This document shows, piece by piece, positions 52,301 through 64,000 of a stretch of 64,000 bases of DNA. The DNA comes from Azolla caroliniana (lineage: Eukaryota; Plantae; Polypodiophyta): contig JBHGNT010000002.1 of assembly GCA_043228905.1 (NCBI GenBank), forward strand, positions 18,662,001 through 18,726,000, given 5' to 3'. Numbering within the stretch: the first letter of the stretch is position 1; every line of letters starts with the position of its first letter. Below the pieces are notes generated by a model. The model searched no databases. It was not told the origin of the DNA and saw nothing but the letters and a program-made list of their open reading frames with translations. The translations under genes and the position numbers were made by a program.

Positions 52301-52656
52301 TGCGCGGGGGCATCGATGATCTTCAGGTAACCGCCCATTCCTCGTTCTTGGAGCCAGGCGCGGGTTTCTGTTGAAGCGGTAAGAGGCATGGTGGAGATGG
52401 AGATGGGGTTTGACTCTGTGGAAGCGTGAAGAAGAGTAATGAGGCGAGGGCGAGACAGAGGAGGAACAACAGGAAGGGGAAGTTCAGCAGAGGGATTATG
52501 AGAGCGAGACGGGGTTTCTGAGCTTGAGAGCGATGGAGAATGGGAGCCATAATGAACTTCTGTGTCTGTGCTGCATTTTGGAAACGGTTTTAGTAACTTA
52601 CTCCTAGGGTTTTGTGCCTGAAGCGAATACTGAAGATTCTGAGTCGTGGGTGCCAT
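49318..52656 (-). pseudogene. Extra ORF of G downstream of pol (~1000 codons, disrupted); N-terminal globular domain plus coiled-coil
   Basis: Colinear ORF pieces 51616-52656, 50362-50778 and 49318-49980, with coding-like E/Q/K/R-rich sequence between them. Confidence 0.7.
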
Positions 52657-52869
52657 AATAAGTGACTAACACCACGTGTCTTGAAGGTGAGTGGGGTGCT
52701 TCTAGTGCTTTGCATGTGCTTAAATAGGTACTAAATGAGTGGTGGCGAGGTGTGCTCCTAAATTTGTGGGTGCTTAGGTGGGTGGTGTAGGTGTAGCTAA
52801 TCGGTGGCTAAACTATGGTTAATCGTACCTACTACTACTTTTATTAATTTCATGAAGGTGGGTGAGTCC

Positions 52870-55800
52870 TTATTCAAGGGGACACGTGGCCTCCTCCGTG
52901 GTGGTTTCCCGAAACGGGTTGGGTGGTGTAGTGCATCGATATGGTCGAAGTCGGAAACCATTGGCCCAGCTTTTGACAGTGTCGCTGGTGAGTGTGCCGA
53001 GCTGGAACGTCCCGTTGAACTCGTCGATAATCCAGAATGGACCGGTCCACCGAAATCTTAATTTTCCCGGCATAGAGCCGAGTCGTGTTTGAAAAAGAAG
53101 AACCGGTTTGCCGATGGTGAGCTCCTTTTCCAGCCCGTGTCGATGTCGATCCACGAAAGCCTTGCGTTGGCGTTGGCGTTGTTCGAGCTGGGCCATACTC
53201 TCTATCCTATCTTCGCTGAGTTTGAGGAGTTGTTCCAGCTGGTATTGCTCGGATTGGGCCTTGGGGAGCCGTGCTTGGATTTGAACTCGGAGGCTCGGGA
53301 CTTGGAACTTGACGGGCATTACAGCTTCTAACCCAAACGCCATTCGAAAGGGGGTTGGATGGATGCTTGTTTTGAAAGTCGTACGATACGCCCACAACGC
53401 GCTCTGGAGTTTGTCATCCCAATCGGTCCTGTTTTCATTAACGATCTTCTTCAGTATGGTTTGGAGGATTTTATTGGTCGATTCCGCCAAGCCGTTCGCC
53501 TGCGGGTAGTATGGTGTGCTTTTCTTGTGCACCATCGCGTAGTGGTGTGTAAGCTCACGTATTATATGATTGATGAAGTGCCCACCTTGATCACTAACAA
53601 GCTCGATTGGACATCCGTAACGGCACCAGAGGTGCTCGTACACGAATTTAGCTGTGGATGCCGCTGTGTTGTCTCGGAGTGCCTTAGCCTCGACCCATTT
53701 GGTGCAGTAATCCGTGGCAACGATAATATACCTATTCCCTGTACGGGCCGCGGGTGGTTTGAAAGGGCCTACAAAATCCAAACCCCATTTTTGAAATGGG
53801 TCCAACGGAAGAATCGGCTGGTGTGGCATCCGTGACTGTTCCATTGGTTGCCCCAGTCGTTGGCACAAATCGCACTGCCGGCAAAACTCGTGAGTGTCTT
53901 TCTTAGTTGTCGGCCACCACAATCCACTTTGCCAAACTTTCCTTGCCGTGGAATCCCCGGCGTAGTGCCCCCCAGCTACTCTCTGGTGGGCTTCCTGAAG
54001 AATGACGTTCTTCTCGAATTGGCAAATCCCTCGGCGCCATATGCCGTCCGAGCCTTTGTGGTAGAGAATGTCCGAGACGAGGCAAAAATTCCGGCTACGC
54101 ACTGCTAGGCGTTTTCTCGTGTCAAGGGGCATGTGCTCGGGAGGTACACTGATAGTGAGAAAATGGGTCATCTCCGTGATCCATTCATCTCCGTTATCGT
54201 CTGGTATCGTGGTCAGGTTAAATAGGCTGGCATCCGGTAGCTCGTCGTACGTTGTTTTCGCCGGTTCCCCTGACTCAAGACAGCTCAAGTAGTTGGCGAC
54301 GACATGTTGTACCCCGGGTCGATGGTGAATCTGGAAATCAAACTCTTGTAGTAGGAGCATCCACCGAGCCAACCGTTCGGTGAGGGCTTGTTTATTGACC
54401 AAATAAAGAAGGGCCGAGTGATCCACGTGAAAGGTAAATTTTCGGCCCAAGAGGTAATGCCGAAATTTATTGATGCTATAAATCATACCGAGGGCCTCCC
54501 GCTCGGTGGTGGAGTAATTCTTTTCCGCGGTCGAGAGCCGTCGGCTGGCATAGTACACGGGCCTATACCAATTCGGGGGTGTGCATTGCATCAGGGCACT
54601 TCCGATGGTGATGTCCGAAGCATCTACGAAGACATGAAACGGTTCGGACCAAACCGGAGACTGGACCACAGGGGCATGTGACAACATTCGTTTCAGGGTC
54701 TGATAGGCCGTGTCCTCGATTGACGTCCATTGGAAGGGAAGGCGATGGACTGCCGTGTGTAAAGGTGTCGCGAAATCGGCCAGGTGCCGTATCATTCGGC
54801 TGTGCCACCGGATCTGTCCCAAAAAACGGCTTAGAGCCTTAGCGTTCGAGGGTGCGGTGGCGGTCAGGATTGCCTTTACTTTATCCGGGTCCATAGCGAT
54901 GCCTTCTTGACTGACAATGTGGCCAAGAAGGTTGCCGCTGGTGACTAAGAACGCACATTTCGCCGGGTTTAAACTCAATCGAGCTTGGTGACATCGGTCC
55001 AGCCAGAGTCGTAACTGGGTCCTGTGTTCCCGTCGATGGCCATACACGGCGAAATCGTCGAGAAAGACTTGCATGAACGCCAAGATATAGTCATGAAAGA
55101 TTTCGGTGATGATGTGCTGGAACATAGTCAGTGCCGTTTTTAGACCGAACATCATTACTTCTGCTACAAAAACACCCCATTCCGTGACGAAAGCGGTTTT
55201 CTCCTGATCCTCTAGGTGCATTCTTATCTGGTTATAGCCGCTGAACCCGTCGAGGAAACTGTAGCATTCGTGGCCGGCTATCGTGTCGAGGACGCTGTCC
55301 GTGAATAGGAGAGGGAAATCGTCGGTGACTGTTGCCGCGTTAAGCTTCCGATAGTCGACGCATACGCGGATTTTTCCGTTCTTCTTTGGGACCACTACGA
55401 TTGGGCTCAACCACGTGCCCCGTTTAACTGGGCGAATGAAGCCCACTCTGATTAGTTTGTCAATTTCCTCTTTGACTTTAGCAGCGTAGTTGGAGTTCAT
55501 CTTGTAGCGCCTCTGCTGAACCGGCCAAGTATCGGGTAAGATGTGAATTTGAAGTTGGTAGTATTGAGGATCCAGCCCCTTCATATCGGTGTAAGACCAA
55601 GCGAAAACATCCTTGTAGTCGGTGAGCAATCTTACGAGGCATGCCCGTTCTCCGGTTGGTAGATTATTGGCAATTTGTAACGTACGGGGATTCTCGTCTG
55701 AACCGAGGTTTATTGTTTCCAGGGTTGATGCTTTCACTCGTTGTGAAATGGCGAGTTCGCGTTCGAAAGCCTCCCGAGCATAACGTAGCTCGGCAACTGT

Positions 55801-55959
55801 GGTTGGATCTGGTTCATCTTGGGGTGTTGACTCCTCCGTGACTTCCTTGTCTTTAGGTGGCTCGATGGTTGGTAAGGCATTGATTTCGAAGAGAGGGATG
55901 ATCGTGGGATGATCATCTAGGAAGTCATCGACCTCCTCATCGGCCAAACCGTCAAGCAT
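52870..55959 (-). CDS. pol: Element G pol (RT, RNase H, integrase), 1029 aa open
   Basis: DVFAWSY.DMKG, WLSPIVVVPKK, LDGFSGYNQI, FLDD, VDAS, NYSTTERE, GGHYAG, KWGLDFVGP, PQANGLAESTNK. Confidence 0.95.
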   Translation of the reverse strand: MLDGLADEEVDDFLDDHPTIIPLFEINALPTIEPPKDKEVTEESTPQDEPDPTTVAELRYAREAFERELAISQRVKASTLETINLGSDENPRTLQIANNLPTGERACLVRLLTDYKDVFAWSYTDMKGLDPQYYQLQIHILPDTWPVQQRRYKMNSNYAAKVKEEIDKLIRVGFIRPVKRGTWLSPIVVVPKKNGKIRVCVDYRKLNAATVTDDFPLLFTDSVLDTIAGHECYSFLDGFSGYNQIRMHLEDQEKTAFVTEWGVFVAEVMMFGLKTALTMFQHIITEIFHDYILAFMQVFLDDFAVYGHRREHRTQLRLWLDRCHQARLSLNPAKCAFLVTSGNLLGHIVSQEGIAMDPDKVKAILTATAPSNAKALSRFLGQIRWHSRMIRHLADFATPLHTAVHRLPFQWTSIEDTAYQTLKRMLSHAPVVQSPVWSEPFHVFVDASDITIGSALMQCTPPNWYRPVYYASRRLSTAEKNYSTTEREALGMIYSINKFRHYLLGRKFTFHVDHSALLYLVNKQALTERLARWMLLLQEFDFQIHHRPGVQHVVANYLSCLESGEPAKTTYDELPDASLFNLTTIPDDNGDEWITEMTHFLTISVPPEHMPLDTRKRLAVRSRNFCLVSDILYHKGSDGIWRRGICQFEKNVILQEAHQRVAGGHYAGDSTARKVWQSGLWWPTTKKDTHEFCRQCDLCQRLGQPMEQSRMPHQPILPLDPFQKWGLDFVGPFKPPAARTGNRYIIVATDYCTKWVEAKALRDNTAASTAKFVYEHLWCRYGCPIELVSDQGGHFINHIIRELTHHYAMVHKKSTPYYPQANGLAESTNKILQTILKKIVNENRTDWDDKLQSALWAYRTTFKTSIHPTPFRMAFGLEAVMPVKFQVPSLRVQIQARLPKAQSEQYQLEQLLKLSEDRIESMAQLEQRQRQRKAFVDRHRHGLEKELTIGKPVLLFQTRLGSMPGKLRFRWTGPFWIIDEFNGTFQLGTLTSDTVKSWANGFRLRPYRCTTPPNPFRETTTEEATCPLE

Positions 55960-57550
55960 ATGGACCCCTTTCGCGTATAACGGCGAAGTGTTGAGGGTGT
56001 GGGGACTCGTTCTTCAGTGATGATTCGGACTTTTGTCTTGCCTCTTCGGAACGAGATCATGTTGCGTTGCCAATGTTGCTTGATATTTGTTGTACGCAAC
56101 CATGGTCGACCTAGTAACATTGGGTAGGCGCCTTGTGTCTCCAGTCTTAGCACGACGGCCGAGATCGTGAACATGTGGTCTCTGAGTGTGAAGTCGAGAT
56201 GGCGGATTAAACCAATGGGGCGAACGGAGCGGGTGTCGGCCATCTAAAGCCAAAAGGGGCATGGTTCCCATTGATTCAGGCCGAGGTTGAGACACGTTGA
56301 CTCGCTAATAACGTTTACGCCGGATCCGCCGTCGATGATGCATCCGTGCAAGTCTTGTCCCTTAATGATGATTCGCACAACTGGGTTCTGAGAATCTATG
56401 AGTGGTGGACCGGTTCCTGCTTCGGTGAGGTGTACCGGTGGCGTCACGGGCTTAGTATTGTCCTGGAGTGCCACCATGGTGTCCCGAAATCTCGACATGA
56501 GTGGTAACAGTTTATGTAGGGGCAGCGAGATGCGGGAGTTGGTAAGAACATCCCATAGTTGGTTGTCCTCCTCCGACGTGGATGGTGCCGAGGTTTGTGG
56601 TACTTCACTGGGCCCGTCTCTCATGTCAGTTTGCATGCGTACGACATTATTTTTATTGGCCGTGTCGATCCATTCTTTTGCTGCCTAACGGACGTCATCC
56701 TGGATTTGCCACTGAGTAGTCTGCGCTTTACTCTGGGTAGTGACCGTTTGAACATCGGCCATGATATTGTTCACCGCGGGTGCCTTGCCACGGTTGGTTG
56801 TTGGACATTGAGTGGCGTAGTGGCCTGGTTGGTTACATTTAAAACATGTCACGTTGGCCGAGTTGCTGGTGTCCGCTCGATCTGTGTGTGGAAGCTGTTG
56901 TTGTTGATTCTCAGTCTCGTTTGGTGGTGGGTTGTTCCGAGGTGCGTTGGAGTTGCGCTGGTCATTTTGAGGAGCGTCCCGTCGGCGGTTGTCATTAGGT
57001 CTTCTATTGTTGCGTGTGTTGCGGTTGCCGTTTCGCCGATCAATGCGTGAGTTCCGTCGGTCATACCGGTCATCGCGATCGTCATCATATCGAGCATAAT
57101 CGTCATGCCGGTCATCGTGATAATGATCACGGCGGTCATCACGTCGGTAGTCGTCGTCTTGGCGCCGTCAATCCGGGGATCGCGGTCGGTCATTATCCTG
57201 GTCTCGGTAGACATATCGCTCGTCCTACCGAGAGTATGTATTTCGTGGCTCGATCTGGCGGACCGGTGCCGCCGTTGTGCGGTTCAACATATTATATTCA
57301 CACTGCTCGACCGTGTGAGCTCGAGACTGACAGATCGGACATTGTGGTCGGTGGGGACATTCGAGGGCCAGGTGCCGTGATCCTGAACACGTCGTGCATT
57401 GGAGGGCTTGGCGAAAGCGATTGTCTTCTTGGGGAAGAGCGTTTTGCAAGGATGTCATCAAGAAAGTCGCACCATGCTGGGTCCGATCGAGGGCGAGAAC
57501 CCGCGCTATGACTTGTTCGATAGTATGGTTGGCGAGAACCCGCTCTATGA
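55960..57550 (-). pseudogene. gag: Element G gag 3' part and protease (disrupted)
   Basis: Zinc knuckles CTTCSGSRHLALEC, CPICQSRAHTVEQC and CFKCNQPGHYATQC; protease IIDGGSGVN...MLLGRPWL. Confidence 0.85.
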
Positions 57551-57559
57551 CAAATTGTC

Positions 57560-59112
57560 GGAAGCCTCATATACTTGACCATCACCCAACCCAACCTTAG
57601 TTATCCGGTCGGGGTGATCAGTCAGTTCATGGCACGACCTACCGAGGAGCACCTTCAGTGTGCGCAACGCATACTTCGGTATGTCAACGACACTAAGGAC
57701 CGAGGATTGCTATATCGGACCGGTGCAACCGTGCAGTTAGTCGGCTACACCGATGCTGATCCGGATATGCGTTCTCCCTCGGGAGTGCCGCGATCGCGTG
57801 GAGCAGTAAGAAGTAGCCGATAGTTGCACTGTCGAGCACCGAAGCTGAGTACCGAGGAGTGGCTGTCGCGACATGCGAAGCCATGTGGCTGAAGCGGCTT
57901 CTTAAGGACCTGCAAGAGGAGGTGTCAGATCTGATGACGGTCTACTGCGACAACCTCAGCAACATCCAGCTCGCGAAGAACCCTATTTTCCACGCACGGA
58001 CCAAGCACATTGAGGTGCACTACCATTTCGTCCGTGAGCGTGTCCTTTTTGGTGAAGTCGAACTTCAGTACGTGCCGACAGATCGGCAGGCTGCCGACAT
58101 CCTCACAAAGCCTCTTGGTCTAGACAAGTTGCGGCAATTCTCAGGTGCGCTCGGGTTGCGTCACCTCGACATGCCAAACTTGAGGGGGAGAACAGTCCCG
58201 AATGACCAAGCAAGGCAGCAGGAAAGGAGCGGAGACCGCGACACCGAGTCCGAGTCAGTTGACTCGGTTGTCGAGTTCGACTTCGGATCGGCCGAAGAAG
58301 CCGAGGGCGGACCCGCGGAGAAGTCCGGAAGCGGACAGAAGGGGAGCAGCCGAAGGAGAGAGCCGAAGCCAACCACCCATGGGGGAGATGACGCCATCGA
58401 GGGCAAGAAGACCGAAGACGAGTTGGAGACAGCCAACTCGGACGAGAGCGAAAACCGATCAGAAGTAGCCGAGTCGGTTCGAATGTTTGATTCAGACACG
58501 TTGAATCAACCGAGGCCCAAGCGGAAGAAAAGGCAGCAGAAGAAGTGTCGACACCGCAACTATAGAAGAGCTGATAAGGGCCACATGAGCAGACAAGCCG
58601 ACCAGAAGGGTCGAAGCGCACGGAGTCGAACAGGTCGAGGAGCGCGAGCGAGGCGTGAAGCCAGGAGGAACCGGAGCTGTGAGCCCGAAGATCCCGAAGA
58701 GCCTCAAGTTGAGCTTGAGGGGGAGTGTTGAGAGACAAGCTCAACATCGGCTGGATCGGCTGAAGAAGCCGAGGACCGGATCGGTTGGGACCGATCGGTT
58801 AGGCCGAGTGCGTAAACCGGGAGGCCGTTAGGAAAGATATTCCGTGAGGAATATATTTGGGAGTTAGTGTAGGAGCTCTTAATGAGCATTGAAGTACTGT
58901 CAGTACTTCGGTCAGTCCTTCTAGGACTTGTATAAAAGTGTTCACTAAAGCACATCTTATGTACAGATCGAATATTATTGTTGAATATAGTTTTTTGTGT
59001 TTCTCTCTCTGTCTCTCCCGCGTATACTACGTAAGCTCAAGCTCTCCATTAAACCTGAGTTTCCTTCCTTCTGTTCGGTCTTCATACTTGCTTCCACACG
59101 ATACTTTCTACA
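57560..59112 (+). mobile_element. Element H: 3' fragment of a different Copia lineage (RT end, RNase H, extended tail, 3' LTR 58726-~59112)
   Basis: PNLSYPVGVISQFM...ALSSTEAEYRG...HARTKHIEVHYHFVRE; PPT TTGAGGGGGAG then TGTTG; TATAAAA at ~58931. Confidence 0.88.
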
Positions 59113-62100
59113 GCATGAATAGGCTTACTCAAGACATATTTACAGATATGTCTTCTCTTCTGGGTCTCACTGGGTCTCCTCTGGTTTCCGGATCTCTTCC
59201 GGTTCTCACTGGGTCCTCTTTATTCATCACCGGATCCCATCCAGAGAGATTGATTTTCCAACAATCTCCCCCTTCACTCCGCCATGGGATATCTTTTCAG
59301 CCCAATCCGCTTTCTGCATGCGTCCAGCTTGTCGGTTGTCAGGACCTTGGTCAACATGTTTGACCCGTTCTCCTCCATATGTATCTTCGTGAGCATGAAC
59401 TCTTGATCTTCTACTCTTTCTCGTATCCAGTGGTACCTCCGTTGGATATGTTTCGTCTAGGAATGGTAGGCCGCGTTCTTTGCAAGGTGGACGACACTTT
59501 GACTGTCGTAGTAGAGCCGATATTCCTCTTGTTGGATCCCTAGCTCTCCGATGAAGTCCTTCATCCAGATTATCTCCTTACCGGCTTCCACAACTACCAT
59601 GTACTCTACCTCCGTGGTTGACAACGCAACTATCTTTTGTAGTCTCAATTGCCACGAGATAGCTCCCCTTGCATAAATCATGACATATCCGGATGTCGAC
59701 CGACTGGTATCTGCATCAGCCGACATATCTGAATCCGTGAATCTGTCAAGTTGGGGATTACCAGAGCCGAACCGGAGGCACATATTCGGGGTGCCTTTCA
59801 GATACTGGAGTATCCACTTGATTGCGTTCCAATGCTCTCTTCTGAGATTGCTCATGAACCGGTTCACCACTCCGACTACATATCCGATATCCGACCGGGT
59901 ACATACCATTGCGTACATCATGCTCACGACGGTAGAGGCATATGGTATCTTCATCATATCAGTCTTCTTCGCCTTCGTCCTCGGGCTTTGTTTTCCGGAC
60001 AGCTTGCAATTTGCCGGAAGTATCGATCCGACCGGTTTCGCCTCCGACATTGATCAACTTGCGTTCTGTGGTACCCTTGGTCGGTCATGAAGGAGTCGAA
60101 CTTCCGGTACCATTGCTGGGGGGCTTGCTTCAGTCCGTATAGGCTCTTATTCAGCCGGCACACCAGGTGCTCCTTCCTTTTCTTCTCAAATCCTTCCAGT
60201 TGATGCATGTAGATTTCTTCTTCGAGGTTGCCATGTAGGAATGTTGTCTTGACGTCCAATTGCTCTACCTCGAGGTCCATGCTTGCCGTTATGCCCAATA
60301 CTATCCAGATGGATGTCATCTTTACTACCAGGGCAAAGATTTCATCGAAATCCACTCCTTTCTTCTGCTGGAAGCCCTTCACCACGATTTGGGCCTTATA
60401 CCTTGGTGGATTTCCGGCATCTCCCGGTTTGAGTTTGTACACCCACTTGTTCCGGAGTGCTCTCTTCCCTTTCGACAACTCCGTTAGTTCATATGTGTGG
60501 TTCTCATGCAGGGAATCCATCTCATCTTGCATGGCACTCAACAACTTGCAGTAGTGGGTGTCTCGTTTTGTTTCTTCGAAGCTTTCCGGCTCCCCCTCAT
60601 CGGTTAGCAACACATGCTCTGCATTTGGAAATTTTCGAGGGGCTCTTCTCTCTCGGAGAGGATATCTCCGTCCTTGGTTTCTGACTAACGGCTCCTCCGT
60701 TTGTTCTTCATCCGAATCCGATTCGGGATCTTGTCCGGTTCTAGTGTCTTCTTCTTCTTCGGTCGGTTCGGTTTCTTGTCCGAATCCAGCCGGTTCATCG
60801 AGTGTCATCTGGTTACCAGCTAACATCTGGTTTTCAATTGGGTATATCCTTGTGTCCTCAAGCTGGTTTTCATTGGATGATCCGGAGTTCATCACCTTCT
60901 TCTCCTACTCCCAATTGGCAATGGTCTTGTCTTCCATGAAGACTATGTCTCGACTCCGGAACACCTTTTTGTCGACCAGATCCCACACCTAGTAACTGAA
61001 CTCATCATCACCGTAGCTAAGGAATATGCATGGTCGGGACTTCGGATCCAACTTTGCTCTCTTGTCCTTTGCAACATGCACATATGCGAGACACCCGAAC
61101 ACCTTTAGATGCCGGTAAGACACATCCTTACCGGTCCATACTCTTTGCGGTGTGTCTCTGTCCAAGGGTACTGAGGGTGATCTATTTATCACATAGGTCG
61201 TCGTCATCAGCGCTTCAACCCAAAACGTCTTGGGTAACTTTGCATGTGCTAGCATGCTCCAGACTCTCTCCATTATGGTCCGGTTCATCCTTTTGGCCAA
61301 CCCGTTTAGTTCCGGCGTCTTCGGCACAATAAACTAAAGCCGGATTCCCTTCGATCGACAGTACTCCGATCGGCAATACTCCTTGAACTGCCCCCGGTAT
61401 TCTCCTCCGTTATCTACTCGAACCGCCTTCAACTTCCGGCCGGCTTCTCTTTCCAGTCTCGCGTGGAGCTCCTTGAAAACGGATAACACTTGATCCTTCG
61501 TCTTCAGTGGTGAGGCCCACAACTTCCGATTGTGGTCATCTATGAACGTCACAAAGTATTGTGATCCGGCATTGACTTCGTGTCCACTTGACACACATCG
61601 GTATGCACTAGCTCCAATGGTGCATTCCGTCTCATTGGTGGTCTTGGCTAGAAGGAGGTTCGGTTTTGCTTGCCGCCCAAGCAATCGGTGCACTTCTCAA
61701 GTTGCACGTCCTTCAATGGAATGAGGTTGTCTACAACAAGCCTCTTCATCCCGTTCTCACTCATGTGACACAGTCTTTTGTGCCATAGCTCACCGGCAAT
61801 GTCGGATGTTACGTTCACTTCTTCCCGACATATCCGGGCATTCATCAAGTACACAATGTTGACCTTCCGGGCTCGGGCCACAATCAAGCTTCCCTTGCTG
61901 AACTTCATAACTTCGTTTCGAATGCTACCCGTGTAGCCTTCATCATCTAGCGGACCGGCTGATATCAGGTTCTGTCGAACCTCCGGAATGTGTTAGACAT
62001 CCTTCAACAGCAACTTGCATCCGATTGATGTCGTCAACAACACATCTCCTATGCCGATAATTTGGCATGTACCTTCATTCCCCATTCGGACACGACCATG

Positions 62101-63225
62101 ATCACCGGCTGTGTAGGATGAGAAGCATTTCCGATCCGGTGTCAGGTGGAACGACACTTCGGAATTGACAACCCACGTTGTCTCGTCGCTGACAAGGTTT
62201 AACTCATTCTCAAGTTCGATAATGAGCATAAGTTCTTCTTCACTTGTTGCGATTGCCGACGTTCCCTTCCGATCCGGGCCTCTTTGGTTCGAACCGTTTT
62301 GGTCTGAACTCTTCTTTGAATCGAACAACGCTAGCGTTGCCCAACGTGACAACTAACGTCTCCCAACTATCCGGGAGGGAACCGAGCAGGAGCAATGTGA
62401 GTACCTCATCAACGAGAGGTACTTCCAATGAGGTTGCTTGATGTATCAGCCCCGGGAAGGCATTCATGTGCTCCGCCATACTAGAGCCGTCCTGGTACCA
62501 GAGCCTCACTAGCTTCCGAAATACTGAAACTTGATTAACATCATTCTTGTTCTGGAACATGATGCCGATCTTCTCCCAGAGTTCCTAAGCCTTGCTATCT
62601 TCATTGAAGTTGTTGTACAGTCTCATGTCGATGAAGCACTGGATGTAGGTCGTCGTCTTCATGTGCATCACCTCCCGCACTCTGGCATCGATCTTATTCG
62701 GTCTCTTGTCCCCGAACTGAACCGGCAACCAAAGATCTTTAACCACCAGCTTATCCCTCATCTTCGACTTCCACACTGAGTAGTTCGAGCCGGTGAGCTT
62801 GAACATGCCGCCGAACGATTCTTCCATTTCTTGTGTTGTTCGCTTTGATACTAGTTTGTGAGGAATAGCGCGGAATACTGCTCAGCCACAATCGAGTCTT
62901 GAATTACTTCGATAAAAGTGCAACACAAGAATGGGAATAGATGTACACACAAAAGAGAGTACACAAGATGTTTATGTGGAAAACCCTGAATGGGATATTT
63001 ATACTTATATGAACTTAGGGCTATTTACAAATATAGCCTTAATAGGCTTACTCAAGACATATTTACAGATATGTCTTCTCTTCCGGTTCTCACCGGGTCT
63101 CCTCTAGTTTCCGGATCTCTTATGGTTCTCACCGGGTCTCCTCTGGTTTCCGGATCTCTTCCAGTTCTCACCGGGTCCTCTTTATTCATCACCGGATCCC
63201 ATCCGGATAGACCGATTTCCCAATA
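59113..63225 (-). mobile_element. Element J: decayed, internally deleted Copia (E family)
   Basis: 5' LTR 62857-63225; degenerate PBS 62842-62853; gag ATG at 62827; deletions near 62330 (zinc knuckle) and 60050 (YVDD region); PPT 59266-59275; partial 3' LTR 59113-59263. Confidence 0.92.
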
Positions 63226-64000
63226 CAAAAACTCTATTCAGGGCAATCTTAGTTTGAAACATACTCTCAATTTTCTTCCACAATACATCCACTTTGGTTT
63301 CATCATCAAAGCTGGTATATAAACTTATGTCTATGAAGCATCGTATATATGCAATTGTTTTTAAATGCATGACTTCCCAAGTCGATCCATCTACTTTCTC
63401 TGGTTTGTTCGTATCACATTGTACCGACAACCACAAATCTTTACATAATAACAGATCCCTCATTTTGGACTTCCATACTGAATAGTTGGGTCTAGTCAAC
63501 TTAAGGATTCCACCAAGAGATTCATCCATATTCCAATTTTGCGGAAGGTATGAACCTCCGACCTGATACCACTTGTTAGGAATATTGGGAATTGGAATTA
63601 GCTTAGACAACCCACACAATAATGCTAGACGCAACTAAAAAACTAGAATACAGGTTCAAATTTTTACGTGGAAAACCCAAATTGGGATAAACCATGAGAC
63701 CCTTGGGGTACCAAAACTTCCACTATACTCAAGAGTACAAGTAAGAACCACCTCTCTAGTTTTCACTAGAGGAATACATATGCATCAAGGCAACAACTTT
63801 GGTAATAGACTTCACCTGATTGGATGGAAAGAACAACAAGAAGACAAACAAAACACATAACAAAAAAACCTACTGCAGACGGACAAGAAAGTCGTTCTCC
63901 TGTCATGACGTGTGTGCTTCTCGACGGCTCGAACAACCCCTCTCAAAATCTCTGTCTCGTCTGCACAGTCCTGAAAACGTTCTCGCATTCTCCTCTTCTT
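63226..64000 (-). mobile_element. Element I: 5' end of a C-family Copia (gag start, PBS, 5' LTR running off the window)
   Basis: MDESLGGILKLTRPNYSVWKSKMRD from 63529; PBS TGGTATCAGG 63562-63571; LTR boundary at 63574. Confidence 0.9.

Larger units (their letters stand above)
48761..57555 (-). mobile_element. Element G: 5'-truncated Ty3/Gypsy (Athila/Tat-superclade-like, no additional RNase H) with a large extra 3' ORF
   Basis: gag-PR 57550-56244, pol to 52870, extra ORF 52656-49318, LTR-like 48761-49218 (TGTT...AACA). The second LTR is absent. Confidence 0.88.

Overview
This is plant nuclear DNA. The retroelement lineages suggest a non-seed land plant such as a fern, but that is an inference. 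The only host gene I can support is a minus-strand MIKCc-type MADS-box gene (exons at 14.7-14.3 kb and 4.55-3.2 kb). It has a TAA right after MGR, an altered DNA-binding helix, intact I and K exons, and a ~9.7-kb second intron full of retroelement debris. From 18.3 kb onward the window is almost entirely LTR retrotransposons. The first nest has four levels, each with a readable target-site duplication (TSD): Copia C 20806-47167 > Gypsy D 21055-41719 > Copia E 28432-39438 > Copia F 28846-34304. A second nest at 48.6-64 kb (Copia I, Gypsy G, Copia H, Copia J) has been collapsed by deletion. The most unusual observations are: (1) Gypsy G carries a tRNA-Arg 3'-end sequence where the polypurine tract (PPT) should abut its 3' LTR, i.e. 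a primer-binding site (PBS) antisense to gag-pol; (2) young Copia F has a capsid domain that diverges sharply from its close relative E; (3) Gypsy D has a -1 frameshift signal after the protease, a tRNA-Trp PBS, a 4-bp TSD and an array of hairpin-forming repeats in its LTRs; (4) the young Copias are strongly enriched in CCGG. All calls were made by eye, with no database search, and element letters are my own labels.
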